The notes: generated from the letters alone by a model not told the origin. A DNA stretch of 64,000 nucleotides from Camelus dromedarius (GCF_036321535.1 NC_087436.1:101496001-101560000), one strand, 5' to 3'; numbered from the stretch's first letter, positions 39,565 to 52,959 are shown. Made by a program: numbers and translations.

Positions 39565-40630
39565 TTTATATGTTCAATTGATGTTCAACAAAGGAGCCAA
39601 AGCAGTCCAAGAGTGGAAAAAAAAAAAAAACCCTTCAACAAATGGTGCTAGAAAAACTGGATATTCATTTTGAAAGGAAGTGAACCTCAACCCATGGTTC
39701 ACATCAGACAAAAAAGAAAAGAGACTGACAACACCAAATGTTAGTAAGGATGTAGAGCAACTGATCCCTCAAATTGGTTTTCAGGAAGTAAAATGTTGCA
39801 GCTGCTTTCAAATAAATTCTAGCAGCTTCTAATAAAAACTAAGCATACATCTAACTTTGAAGAATTCTTTTCTCAGGAAAAATGAAAACATGCTAATGAA
39901 AAAACTAGCACATGGATAAGTTTAGTAACTTTATTCATAATAGCTAAAAACTGGAAATAACCTAGGTTTCCATCAGTAGAAGAATGACTAAAAATCTATG
40001 ATTATTCATATAACAAAACATTAGCTATAAAAAGGAACAAACACACTATAGGGGAATCTTGAAATGGATGAAATGAAAATAAATAAGGCCAGTCACAAAA
40101 TAGTGACGTAACAGTAAGGTTTCACTTAATACGAATTTCCAGAACTGGAAAATCTCATTGATGCTATGAAAAAAAAAAACATAAGAGTGATTGCATTTGC
40201 TAGGATGCCAAAAAAGTTTGATAGGAAAGAAGAATGAGAATATTTTCTGGAGCAATATTAATGTCACAAGGGTTTAAGTCACATAGATAGTTGGACATGT
40301 CAAAACACAACAAATGTACATGCACGTGTCATTGTGAGTAAATTTTATATCAAAAGAAATAAATGTAAATAAGGACTTTATTTAGTGATATGTATGCTGA
40401 GTTTTGAAGGAGAACTGAATTTATGTCTGCAATTTACTTTGAAATTTATTAAAAATTTAAATGAACTGATGCTGGGATAGGAACATACCTAAATGGAGAA
40501 ATATGTGATAAAGCAAGTATTTTTAAATATTAATTTAGAATCTAGGTGGTGGGTATTGATGTTCACTGCAGACTCTTTTTCAAATTTGCTGTATGCTTGA
40601 ATATTTTCATAATAACACATTGAAAAAATT
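39565..40630 (+). mobile_element. Old L1 3' end (L1ME/L1MC-type)
   Basis: ttcaacaaatggtgctagaaaaactggata; gactgacaacaccaaatgttagtaaggatgtagagcaactg; 3' UTR tagaatctaggtggtgggta. Confidence 0.8.
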
Positions 40631-41170
40631 AAACATAACATTTACACTGCCACAGTGATTCTCTTCCTAGTTATTTACCTAAGAGAAATGAAAACATATG
40701 TTCACCAAGAATGCTGCACAAGAATATTTATAGCAGCCTTATTCATAATAGACAAGAAAAAAAAGCCCAGGTATCCATCAACAGGTGAATGCATAAACAA
40801 ATTATGTCATACTGACATAATGAAACACCACTGAGCAATAGAAATAAATGATCAAACTACTCAATAATGTATCAACATGGATGAATATCAAAAACATTAT
40901 GTTGGGTAAAAATAGACTAGCACCAATTACCAAATGACTTCATTTACATGAAGTTTATCACAGTCAAAACTTAGCTTTCAGTGACAGTTCAGTTCAGTGG
41001 TCATCTGAGAAGCAGGAGATCTTTGCCTGGTGATGGAATCATTCTATATATGGAGTGTGGAAGCTTGGGTTTCATTGGCATATGGATGTATCAAAACTGA
41101 TTTTACTGTGCACTTGAGATCTGTGCATGTAACCATATGAAAATTATACCAAATGCAAATTTTAAAAAAG
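40631..41170 (+). mobile_element. Second old L1 3' end (L1ME-type)
   Basis: atttacctaagagaaatgaaaacatatgttcac; caacatggatgaatatcaaaaacattatgttg; gcacttgagatctgtgcat. Confidence 0.8.
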
Positions 41171-41242
41171 GAATTTGTGTGTCTCTAACTGGAATTTAGA
41201 AAGTTCAAAAGACTCTGACATACATAGGAAGATTAATTTAGG

Positions 41243-41405
41243 ATCATGGTTCTCAAACTATAATGTGCATATAAACCACCTGGAGATCTTGATATGCGGG
41301 TTCTAATTTGTATTTCTGAGGTGGGGTCTTTTTGCCTTTTTATCAAGCTCCTTGATCATACTAATAATACTTCTGATCACAGACTGTACTTTCAGTATAG
41401 CAAGG
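41243..41405. mobile_element. MER5-family hAT-Charlie MITE
   Basis: catggttctcaaactataatgtgcatataaaccacctggagatcttg...tctgaggtgggg...tcacagactgtactttcagtatagcaagg. Confidence 0.7.
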
Positions 41406-41409
41406 GTTA

Positions 41410-41790
41410 ACGATGGGGGAGATTTAACCTGAATAAAGACCTGATGAGCAAAATTGTTGTCTTAAAATATTTAAAGATACCTCATGTGAAAGAAGTCTCT
41501 ATTTCTTCTTCCCTACATACATAGACTAGGATCAACAATATACTATTTACAGGGAGACAAATATTTAATCAATGTAAGTATATAATTTCAAACAATTAGA
41601 TATTCTTAAGAATGAAATTCATTGTCTAAAAATAGGAGGCTGTTCATGACTAGAATTGATCAAGCAGTTCTTATCAGCTCTCAAGGAATTAACAGAAATC
41701 TGTGTATGTATGTGTATGTGTGTGTGTTTAAATTTGCATTGAAATTGTATTAAGTTGTCTCTAAATCCCTAACATATCTATGATTCTGCA
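41410..41790 (+). mobile_element. L3/CR1 LINE 3' end
   Basis: ggggagatttaacctgaataaag...gttgtcttaaaatatttaaaga...tcatgtgaaagaag...gactaggatcaa...gactagaattgatcaagcag, ending ctatgattctg. Confidence 0.6.
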
Positions 41791-44659
41791 ATGGTGGTGA
41801 GGAAGATATAACTTATAAAAAAAAAATGCTATAGCAAATCTGTAAATTGAATGTGTTTTTAATCTTAGATAAGAGTATGAAAAAGATGAGTTTGGCTCTT
41901 TTAGTCAAGTAGGTAGAACCTTAGGAAGTTCCATGTTATATATATATTTAATATTTAGTTTAACCAAAATGCTTAACTGAAACAATGTTCCCTACATTCA
42001 TTCAATAGAATTAAATAAAAATTTCTTTCATAAAAACAAATTTTGTCATTAGGATTTTGACTCTAGTGGGTCATTATTTCTATTACTTGAATTTATACAG
42101 AATTGCAAAATTGTATTAATTATAATGAAACATTCACATCCTGTGCTCATGATGCTAGCAGGAGAACTTACTCTTCCCTTTTCTGGCAAAAGACAAACTG
42201 TGCTACAACCAAAATAGCCTCATTTTGCTTCCCTTGTCATGCTAGAACTAGGAAGATGTCATTCAAAAGAGTTAAGTATTCAGAAGATGTACAAAATCAC
42301 AAAATTGGAACATTAGGCTACATCATTAAACTACCCAAGTAAGTTGCCTGCCATCAGTTGGTTTTATCCACAGGTTTCCAAACTTTCACTTTACTCAAGT
42401 GCCCACATTAACTACTCATTTTCAAACTTTTCTAAACACAAGAGAAACAATTTTATATTTTGCAGAGATTACTTTTGAATTTTCAAATATATGATCACAA
42501 AATACTTTCAAGATATAACCTTAAACTGTCATAATTAGGGGAATAAAGAAATTCATAATATCTGTTTACAACATTTAAATATATACCTTTCTATAATAAA
42601 TATGATAGAATATAAGATTACATGGAGAAGCTAAAGAATGTTCAAATTAATAACTAAGTTTAAAAAATAAATTGTTCTTTTCAATTCAATTCCTTAATAT
42701 TGGCAAAGCAACAATAATAATTAGTCTCAATCAGAATTTAAATGAAAGTGAACAGGATAATTCTTTCTTGTTGTTCACAAAATCTTTGAGATTTTTTCTT
42801 ATGTTATAATAATATTTCGCCATCACTTCGCTGTGGTTTTACAATTTATGCTTTTTATCTGTTTGTTTGCTTTCATAAGGACATTCAAGAATTCTCTAGT
42901 CTACATCACAGACAGTACAAGTCACTTGGTTTTAGACATTTGAGGAAAAAAGGAACTAGACTCTGGGTATTACACCAAGTGGTATTTTTTGATTTACCCT
43001 AATTCTAATCCTGACTGTTTCTGTCTTGACAAAGAGACTTATAAAGTTTACATCTCAATGTCAGTTTATAAACAATATGAATAAAATCAATGAAAATAAT
43101 AAACATCAAGCAATACAAATTTTATGCCTTTGCAAAGTAAAATAGAAAGTTATGGTTCCTTGGAATTTTTTCCACAGTCAAAATATATAAAGTTATATTC
43201 AAAATTACTAATGTCTTGTCATGCTCCTTTCTATATTAATTATAAAAACCAAATCAAAGTACAAAAACAATAGTATAAAACTCACTAGCCATTGTGGTCT
43301 ATATTTATATCATGTTTGTATCATGTTTCAGAAAGATATTGTTAAAGCAAGTCAAATTAGTGTATCATTTTGTGTGTGTGTATGTTAAGGAAAATGTTCA
43401 AAAACTGCTACTTAGTTATGTTTACTTAGAAGGAATCACTATGGTATTGATTCAAAGATACTGCTAGGCAAAAGGGAAGATGTAATACAATTTGTCCATT
43501 AGGTAAAAACAGTATTTCAAATGTATGTATTGACATGCTATAGAACTTTGAGAAAAACAGAAGTGAAAAGAAAAAGTTATCTTAATTTATGATAAATTTT
43601 GCTATTTGATAATGCTAAATCTGTTGAAAATAGTTCCATTTAAAAAGAAAGTAAGTATAACTAAAAATAACTTGATATTACTTTTCAGGTCTAGTATTGT
43701 GTTAATATATTAATAGTGGACCAAAATATATTTTAAATTACCTAGGAAAAAACCTCTTTAGTTAAGAGGGTATTGCAATTAATTTCTTTGTTAAAAAGTA
43801 TGTATAGCCTCAAATCAAATTCCTCGATGTGTCAAAATACTTCTTTTTTTTTTTTTGGCAATAACTTCTAACTTACACTTGAATTGATGCACCAAAAATT
43901 TCCAAGTGATTTCTTTTAATGGCATTTGAAAAATGTGTATTCTTTCATAGGACATCATTTATGATGAATGAAAGAGTAAAAAAGTAAAGAAAATTCATTT
44001 GTTGTCATGCAGTGTATGTTCTGAATTAGGCAACATCATTACTGAACAAATTTGGCCAGAGTGACAAAAATCTAACTTAAACTACTGAAGGAAATATAAA
44101 AGATACTAGTTTGAAAGATACTGGGGCAATTCAAAGAATTGAAGGGCAGACCAATCAACTAAGTTGGTAGAAGCCTGAGGAAGATAATCCTCAGAATTTC
44201 AGGGACTAGAGCTGAATAGTTAGCCATCATTAGCCTCTCTTTCTGCTTCTTATGACTTCTTTTTCAGTGTTCCCCCCGCCCAGATACCTTTTTTTTTTTT
44301 TAACACTAAATTCTTGGTTACCATTTTTGTAGGTTTAACAAATTCAGTTCAAAAGCATTAGATGAGGTCTTTACTTGGCATGGGTGCAGCTACATGCTAA
44401 AACCTGTACTTGTCCATGGCATAAAGTGAAAGCTTGAGACAGATGTCCACTTTTCGATATATTCTGATGACCAGAGAAGAAGAGCATGCAAGTTAAGTGT
44501 AGTTCCCATTTAGACTACATGTAATAACAGGTTACAGGAAGCAGGAAGATCGGCAAGAGGAAATACAGGTGACATTCTCAGAAAACAAGAGTTGATTTTG
44601 GAAATCAAGATAGTAATGTTAACAATATTGAGGAAAATTATATAAGTCCTGATTTCTGT

Positions 44660-44890
44660 ACTGAAGAAGAAAACTTCAAATATAGTTGAGCTTATACTTA
44701 GGAAATAGCCAGAGGAAAAAAAATAAGAAACAGCAGATAAGTAGCACATTTTGATAGAGATTATAAATGCCCTGAGAACGAGAGAGTAGTGAATAAAGTT
44801 CATCCACAGGTAATGGATCACACATCACTGAGAGGGTGGTATTTGAAATGAATCTTAGAAGTGAATGCAAGTTTACGTTAAAAAGTTAGC
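44660..44890 (-). mobile_element. L2 fragment
   Basis: tcactgagagggtggtatttgaaatgaatcttagaagtgaatgcaagttt. Confidence 0.5.
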
Positions 44891-45289
44891 TCGGCTGAAT
44901 GGAACTCATCAAACCCGCATTTTGAGCATAATACTTATGTACTGGGATATTTAATTCTAATCCATGCACCCCCTTACCTTCACCATCATCACTACTCTGG
45001 GAAGTTACGTGACATCTGCTTCATTTTTTTTTTTTAATCAAAGGGTTTTTGTGCTTGTACATGTAAAACTTAAATAATAAGAGGTAGAAACAAATGGGAA
45101 GAGGAAATGGAAATAAGGACAATACAGTGAATTTTTACCAAAAAATAATGATTCAAATATCATACATAAAGCAAACAAAACAGGATATATGCATTGATTC
45201 TGTTTTAGTTGATGCTGGTGCCCTTTAATTGTATACATTTTAGTTGAATTTTAATTGGTATCCATTAATCATATTTTTAAACTTTTTCA

Positions 45290-45930
45290 TCTTTCAACCA
45301 GATTTTAAGAAAAAAGTTTTATGCACATAGTAAAAATGTAAATTAATACATCTTAAAGAAGTAAACGCTAAAATTTAAATCTCAGAAATATCTGGGTCCT
45401 CTCTGTACTTTCTGCTTCATTTTGCTATGAAACTACAACTGCTAAAAATTTAAATCTCACTTCCTCTAGTCCCCAAACCACTTCCTAATTCAGAGATAAC
45501 TATAAGGATAATCTTATTTCCAACATTACAAAAATCTTTACATAGATAAATATACATATAGTTTATATATACATAATACAACATACTATATACATTATAA
45601 TTTTAAATAAGATTATACTATACATATTCTACACTTTTCATTTTTCCCTTAAATCCAGTCTTTTGAAATTGGCACTTAGAACAGCTTCTTTGTGTTTAAT
45701 AATTGTATAGTATTCTATTTATCAAATGTACTGTGCTACTTTATAATTTATTTCATTTGTATTTTATAAGTCTCATATATATAAGCTACTTCTGTTTCTT
45801 TTATTATACTTTTTTGCAAGTCTGATAAACATCTAGAATTAGAAGTACTGATATGTTCATTTTAAATTTAGTTAGATTATCATGCTCAACACAAAGTAGT
45901 TGCAATAGTTCATATTTTTTATCACGGGTA
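45290..45930 (-). mobile_element. Old L1ME-type 3' end
   Basis: tatgcacatagtaaaaatg; tcagagataactat; gattatactatacatattct; taataattgtatagtattctatt. Confidence 0.5.
45385..45444 (+). mobile_element. 60-bp L1 3' tip (L1MC/MD-like) with perfect TSD
   Basis: ctctctgtactttctgcttcattttgctatgaaactacaactgct flanked by exact aaaatttaaatctca at 45370-45384 and 45445-45459. Confidence 0.8.
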
Positions 45931-46209
45931 AATGGTTCCCCTATCTAAGTTGGAAAGACTCTGTAGTATAGCAAACCTGCAAACACTTAGAGCTCTTTGA
46001 AGGAAGTCTGACTGAAGTTACTGAAAAACCAAAAGGGCATTTTGAGAACTGTACTAGATGTTCTCCACAGCTTATCCTGAATTACAGTTCTATGCTTCAT
46101 CTTTATGTAAATTTAGTAACATATTTCAGCTTAAAAAGGAATAACCAAGGCAATAAAGCAAAAATTTTCCAAATGTAAGCAAATGGAAAAGTACTGGGAG
46201 AATTCTTAA

Positions 46210-46370
46210 AAAGAAGTGTTTGGTCTTGGATTCCAGTCACAGCTTTATCACTGGTTGACCTTGTGATTTAAAGTGAATCATTTAAAATCTCTGGGTCTCA
46301 GTTTTCTTATATGTACAATAAATATCAGACTATATATTGTTGAATGTCCCTTCCACATCTGATTTGATAT
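46210..46370 (+). mobile_element. MIR3/MIRc-type SINE
   Basis: gaatcatttaaaatctctgggtctcagttttcttatatgtacaat...tgtcccttccacatctga. Confidence 0.65.
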
Positions 46371-47994
46371 TGAAATTTCACAGAGCTAGTAACCCAGCTA
46401 CTTTGTTCAAAAAAATCATTTCATCTGATGTGGGAAAGGAATTAGTCTTGCCATCACAGAATGACACACTAAAATTCTCTCACGGAAATTTCTGATTCTC
46501 CCCATATGGAAATAAAGTAAAGAAGGTAAAGAGATTAGAGTAGTTGAAGTACGTTTTCTCTAGGACAGCAAAAATTCTGCAAGAAAAAAGCTTTCAGTAA
46601 AAGCAGTTGATTGTGAAATGACACAGAGTTCTATGAATATGTGGATTAAAAGGAGAGTCATACAATATACAAAGTTTATGAATTAAAAAAATAATAGTTT
46701 GCAGTTAGTAATATTGACTCTTACTAATGGTGTTTGATAATGTTCTATAGCACCTGGTCTTAGGTGACATTATTTGTTTATTTATTTTAAAATATCTATT
46801 ATTTATATTTCTAAAAATGAGTAAGTATTAATCTCTATATCAGGTAAACAATGTCTGATGCATCAACCTAGTGTTCAGGCCACACACTACTCAATACTAT
46901 TGAATTTTTAAAACCTCTTGAAATTTAAATTAACAAACTTGGACCTAGTTTTAACATGACAGTAGTAGAAGAGTTCCCTTAGAGAGTAAGAAGAAAATCT
47001 TTATGTAGGAATTATACCATAATTAATATTAAAATATTTAGAAATACTGTGGTTGTTTGGATAACACATTCTTTATTTATAAGTATACTGACAATATCAA
47101 CTTCTTTAAAAAACACAACAGAAAAGGGGTTTGTAAAATACTATCTATATGCAAAGAACAATGAAAATCTTTCTTTATCCCAGTAGAAATAATGTCACCA
47201 TTTCTGTATTAATCCACTAATAATCATTGATGTTTTACTTAATTTACTTGGCCCTAGGATTCACATTTAGGAATATAATTTCTGCTTATGCATTTTTTTT
47301 CCTTTCTGTGTGACAATTATAGGAAAAAATATATCTTAAAACTTTGTTTATATAGAAAATCCTACTATATAAACTTTTGTTTGTTTGCTTGATACACATT
47401 GGATACAAATAGTATATTTTATGCCAGGTAATCTCTAATCTCATTGTCACTTGTTTTTCTATTGCCACAGTTACGTTACTGAAATAGCACACTGAATTTT
47501 CTCAATTTTAAAATTTCTCTTCAGAAAATAATATTTTAAGATGGGCAAGTCTGATCTTAGCGGTATAAAAGAAAATTGAGCATACAGAAAGTTTTAGGAA
47601 GTTTAAAATGTCTGAAATGCTATCAAAGTAAACAATGAGTTTGAATGACTTATTAGCATCAACTTAATAATTATTGGACTTTTACCATTTTGAATAGGTT
47701 AATAGCCATGCATCTTTGTAATTAAATTCACCAAAGTTACAAGCTTTATTTAACTTACACTGCTTGAAAACTGTATTAAAACACTAGACATTATACTAAA
47801 GCACTAGATTAACTTGGTCTGTCTTGGGATCCTGGTCATTGGAAGGCAGAAAATCAGAACTGGTAAGCTGTTAGTCACAGCAAATCACATATTTACTTGA
47901 TTACAAGGTGTATATATGAGGGGGATATTCATATTTCATGGTCATTTTCACAGAGGAGTTGAAAATATCAAAGTCTTAGGGCCATTTATTATTT

Positions 47995-48110
47995 TTTTCA
48001 AAATTAATATACTGAGCATCTGTTATACACAGAATACAACACTAAAAGCGATAAATGATATCAAGGAAAGTTATAGGCTGGGCCTTCACAACTTCAGGTA
48101 ACTGGAATAA
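47995..48110 (-). mobile_element. L2 3' end fragment
   Basis: atatactgagcatctgttatacacagaatacaacacta...gggccttcacaacttca. Confidence 0.45.
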
Positions 48111-48289
48111 CTGAGCATGAAAGATAGAAATTAGAGAGGAGGCTATAGAAGAATCAAGCAGGGAGCAGATCCATTTCTTAAAAACTTTCTGATAAAAAAA
48201 AAAAGAATGTAAAGATATTTATATAGCACCTAGTAAGGAATAACAGATAAAATTATAGACATCTATGTATGACATGATGAAAGAAATAT

Positions 48290-48565
48290 GTAAAACTGGA
48301 GTCTCCAGCCAACAGCCAGTGACAAAACAAGGTCGGCCAATTACCACATGAGTGAAATTGAATGTGGGTCCTTTGTTCCCAGTGAATCTTGTGATGACTG
48401 AAGTCCTGGTTAACAGCTTGACAGCAAGCTCATGAGAGACCTGAGCCAAACTGCATCTAAACCACTCCTGGATTCCTGTCCCACTGACACTGTGAGATAA
48501 CAAATGTTGTTTTAAGTGGCTATGTTTTAGGAAAATTTGTTACACAGCAACTGATAACTCACATA
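48290..48565 (+). mobile_element. MaLR LTR 3' part (MLT1F-like)
   Basis: ccagccaacagccag...ctcatgagagacctgagcc...actgtgagataacaaatgttgttttaag...tttgttacacagcaactgataact. Confidence 0.8.
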
Positions 48566-49010
48566 TAAACCAAATGACCACCAAGGGGAGAATGGATATA
48601 TAAAATCTGTTCTATTTGTACAATGAATCTAGCAATACAAAAGAATGAAGTGCTGTTACACAAAACAATACAGGTGCATCTCTGGTCCAATAATGAACAA
48701 AAGAAGCCAAGCTCAAAAGAACGTATATTATAGGGTTCTTTTTATATCATGTTTAAAAATATTAAACAAAACTTATATATGTAGACAGAAGTCTAACTAA
48801 TGGCTTCCTTGAGGAGTACTGGCTGGGAAGGAACAGGGAGGATCCTTTAGGAATCTTTAGGATCGTAAATCCACATTTAGGAATTTGGAAATCTGTTGTA
48901 TATTCATTCATCTTTGAGGCATTTATATCAAGTACATAGCAAAAATTTAGCAAGCTTTTTACATAACTTTTGTATACTTTATTGTAGGTATATTCTATCT
49001 CAATAAAAAT
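48566..49010 (+). mobile_element. Old L1ME-type 3' end
   Basis: gagaatggatatataaaatctg; atgaacaaaagaagccaagctcaaaagaac; tatattctatctcaataaaa. Confidence 0.65.
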
Positions 49011-49084
49011 AAATGTTTTAGGATGTAAAGTATATTTTGAAAGTATTATATTTTCAAATTGGGCCTATGTTGCCTATGTCAACT

Positions 49085-50035
49085 TGAAGCACAGCAGGTA
49101 TCATCTGCAGTGGAATATATAGATGTAAAAATTTGAAAGCTCTGAAATGATTGCTAAGGTAGTACTATAGCTTGCGATAGTTAATTTTATGTGTCAACTT
49201 GACAAGACTAAGGTATAATAGCTGGTAAGATATATTTCTGTGTGTGTGTGTGTGTGTATGTTTCTAGGAAAGATTAGCATTTGAATTGATAGATTAAGTA
49301 AAGATTTCCCTCAACAATGTGCATAGGAATCATCTAATCCACTGAGGGCTTGAATAGAACCAAAAGGTGATGAAAGGGCTAATTTGCTCATTGCTTGAGC
49401 CGGGTCCTGCATCTTGTCTTGCCTCAGTACATCAGCACTCCTTGTTCTCAGGCCTTCAGACTTGAACTAGGACTTACATCACTGGCTCCCTTGGTCCTCA
49501 GGTTTTCTGGTTTAGACTGGAATTACACCACAGCTTTTCCTGGGCCTCCAGCTTACAGGAAAAAGATTGTGGAATTTCTTTGCTTTCATAATTGTGTGAG
49601 CCAATCCCTCATAATATGTGTATTTTTCTACGTATCTATATAAATTCTATTGATTCTGTTTTTCTAGAGAATCCTGATTAATCCAGGCTTTTCAAGTCAT
49701 AAATACATAGAGGTACTTAGAAAGATCACAATAAATTTGATTGCTCAAGCAGAGCACAAAAGGTGATAATGGAACAGAGCACAGATCACAGAATCCTGAG
49801 AGAAACCTACGTAAAAGGACCAGGCAGGGAAAAACAAGTTTCAATGGAGGCCAAGTAGTGCCAGAGGAAAATCAAGGGACTGCCAGTTCATAGAAACCAA
49901 AGTCTCTTGGTTGTTTTTCAATTAGAAGGGAGAGGTCAACTGCATTTTATACTGCAGGATAGTCAGGTTAGTAAAGACTGAATACAATAATTTAAGTCAT
50001 TTGCTAAGAGATCATTTCTGACCATGAAGAAAGTA
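49085..50035 (-). mobile_element. L2 fragment interrupted by an MLT2 LTR
   Basis: Removing 49173-49685 rejoins actatagct/tttcaagtcataaatacatagagg, matching reverse L2; further motifs gaggaaaatcaaggg...tcatagaaaccaaag. Confidence 0.55.
49173..49685 (+). mobile_element. ERVL solo LTR (MLT2B-D-like)
   Basis: tgcgatagttaattttatgtgtcaacttgac...aatccactgagggcttgaatagaac...ttctcaggccttcagact...tctagagaatcctgattaatcca. Confidence 0.9.
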
Positions 50036-50293
50036 GTCCCCTTTAGGAAGGGTAAGCTATAGTTACCGCTAAAAGATCTTGTGCAGAAGTGATTTTCAAT
50101 TCATAATATAAAATAGAATCACATATCAGTAAGTTTCTGGTTGACACAAAATCTTCCGTAATTATATATTGGCAGTCCATCCGAACACACAAAACCTGTC
50201 ATACTTAGATCAGTAAAATAAAGTTGAATTCAGGCAAACAACCTGTTATTGTCAAAATATTGCCAAATACCTCTCTGAATGTAATACTTTTCA

Positions 50294-50427
50294 GAGGGAG
50301 GGCATAGCTCAGTGGTAGAGTGTATGCCTAGCATCCACAGGGTCCTGGGTTCAATCCCCAGTACCACCATTAAAAATTAAGTAAATAAATATAATTACTT
50401 CACACCTCCTCCCTGCCTAAAAGCCAC
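50294..50427 (+). mobile_element. tRNA-Ala-derived SINE (camelid vic-1 type)
   Basis: A box tagctcagtgg (50305-50315), B box ggttcaatccc (50348-50358), AT-rich linker, taattac/C-rich tail; TSD ctgaatgtaatact(t/c)ttca at 50275-50293 and 50428-50446. Confidence 0.9.
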
Positions 50428-51549
50428 CTGAATGTAATACTCTTCAATTTGTTACACTGGTGTGTTACAGTTACAAAATTTCCATCTTGGGAGTTTAGAG
50501 GCTTCACAAACTAAATAATACTGTAAATATGTATTGTCAATTCCCCCACCACTCGTGAGAACTCATCTACCATATTTCCAGGTGCAGTGTGGGAAATCCA
50601 GTTGAACTGTACTGGCTATTACTGACGCATTTCCTATCTCTATGGGAAAAATAATATGGCAAAATGATACGCTGCTCTCATTCAAAAGAAAGGGGAGATA
50701 CTTGGGGAAAACAGTCCTTATTTCATCACTTTAGATTATTGCTTCTATACGTGTGAAGTTAGATTTATCTTTTCTTAGGAAACCTTGCTTCTTTTACAGT
50801 CTCAAATAACTCATGAAGCTATTTCCACCCAAATACCAGCTCAGACAATCTTCTCCTCCTACACAACAAGTAGGAGACATATAGAGAATGAAGTGACAGA
50901 GGAAATATGCATTATGTGTCACAACAAGGTGGAGAAGGACCTCTAAGAAAGAGTGTTTTATCTCAGAGCAGCTCCAGCTTAGCATCCTGTGACAAAACTG
51001 TAGGCTGTGGGATTAGATGTAGCTCTGAAGACTCTTATTCTAGTTAACTTGTAATAAGCTTCTGAGAAGCTAGCTGTTGCCCTAGACCTTCTTAAGCTAT
51101 AATTTAATATTACGCTCAAGAGCAAAGTATTTATTGGACCACCTAAATACAATAAAGAAAACTATTTGATTCTGGTTACAGTGTAAATGGACTATCTCCC
51201 CTCCCCACCCCACACAAAATAGCTAACCAACTTAATATTGCTGATGTCTGTATATAAAAGTTTATAAAAGTTCTCATTTGTCTTATCCATACGGTTTAGT
51301 TATTGTATTCAGTGCAATTTTCATATTATACAAAAGAAAACATCCAACATAGTGAAAATGTAAAGTTCTGAAGCTTTCATAATATGTACTAAAGGTAATC
51401 AGATTATTTTACTTTTCAGTCATATTTATATGTTTGTTTATATAGTTTGGTGATTTTTAATATTGAATATTAATAAATACATTTTGCTTCTTTAGGATCA
51501 GGTTTAGCATTATAAATCTAAACAGTTATATCTTAAAAATAAATGTTAG

Positions 51550-52475
51550 GTACATGAGGAAAATCCTGACAGGTTATCTGAGCTTATGGATATTTTGTTA
51601 GAATGGGAAAGATAGACGTTAGTCAACTAATTATAACAGTCAGTCTAATTGAATATGTAAGGATTATTTTGAAGATTCACTAGTGATTTTTCATTTAGTT
51701 TAGGACATTAGGGAAGGCTTCTGTGAGCCAATCATGTTTGTACTGAGGTCTGAGGAATTAAATGACATTACCCAGGTGAAGAGGAGAAGAGTGTAGACAG
51801 ATTCTAAGGGCACGTATGTGGTAAATACCACAGCACTGAGTGAGAGCTGGATATGTGGGTGTGAGAAAGAAGGATGTGACAAGGATAACTTGGAGTTTTA
51901 TTACTTATGTTACTGGAAGGATGGTGATGCCATTTGTTGTAACAGGTTATTGTGGAAGAAGTAACTTACTAGGATTGAAGGGGCTGAAGTCCATGAATTT
52001 AGTTTTTATTAGTTGGCTTCGGTGTGTGTTTTAACATCAGTGACATGTCAGAAACTAACTGGATATCTGAGTCTAAAGTTCAGGGGATGTATCTAAGCTG
52101 GGTATATATAAACTTGAGAGTCACCTGCATTTAAGTAGAAACTGAGGCCTTTAATATAAATGAGGTAAACCATGGAAGGAGTACACAGTGTGATGAGAAA
52201 AAGCATATCGACCTGTGTTTGGGAAACTGAAAATATCTAGTAGCTTAGCAGAAGAGGATAAATAAGCATGCAAATGAGACATGCGCTGAGCAACCAGAGA
52301 GGAAGGTGGGCCTTCAGAAAAGGGTGGTGTCAATGAAGTCAAAGACAGAGCTTTTCAAGGAACTAACTGACTCTAATAGTCGGGACTAGTCCATGCATGG
52401 CTGAATGGCAAAGTAAGAGAAGGACTGAAAAATAACCATTGGTTATGAGAACATGGAAGTTATAGGTGACCTCCA
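51550..52475 (-). mobile_element. L2 (L2a-like) long fragment
   Basis: tagggaaggcttctgtgag; actggaaggatggtgatgccatt; aactggatatctgagtctaaagttcagggga; aggactgaaaaataaccattgg. Confidence 0.8.
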
Positions 52476-52479
52476 AAGT

Positions 52480-52958
52480 TGCAAATTTCACAGATTTGCT
52501 CTTGCAGGAATGTGTCTGGCAGCTTCCAGTGCCCTTTGCATTCACTACTGTGTTTACACTAGGGCCATGCTTGCTGTGGGGTTCTCTTAGCCAGTAACTG
52601 AGCATGTCAGGGTAATAAAGAAAGCCTATTCAAGGGAGGAGGGCATAGCTCAGCAGTAGGGTGCACGCTTAGCACGCACAAGGTCTGGGGTTCAATCCTC
52701 AGCACTGCTATTAATAAATAAATAAATAAATAAACCTAATTACTTCCCTCCTCAAAAAAAAAAAAAAAAAAAAAAAAAGGAAAGCCTATTCATGTGAGAT
52801 GTGGAATTCCTCCAACAGGCACCTTTCATCCAAGGACAGCCCATTAGACTGGTCTCACCTTTCTTGGAACTTGCTGCAGTTTAATACTTTCCTTATCTAA
52901 TCGTTCTTCCTTACCTCTCTCCTTCCACAGGTGAGAGACTTGCATCGCAGTCTGATGC
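52480..52958 (+). mobile_element. LTR16-family ERVL LTR, split by a SINE
   Basis: gccagtaactgagcatgtcagggtaataaag...ctttcttggaacttgctgcagt...ctctctccttccacaggtgagagacttgcatcgcagtctga. Confidence 0.7.
52633..52779 (+). mobile_element. tRNA-Ala-derived SINE (camelid vic-1 type)
   Basis: gggcatagctcagcagtagggtgcacgcttagcacgcacaaggtctggggttcaatcc, (TAAA)n, cctaattacttccctcc, long poly-A; exact TSD gaaagcctattca at 52620-52632 and 52780-52792. Confidence 0.92.
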
Positions 52959-52959
52959 A

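Noticed and set aside
50294..50370. tRNA-Ala-like gene (also 52633-52710)
   Set aside because: Mismatched stems, SINE tail and TSDs show these are SINE heads, not functional tRNA genes.
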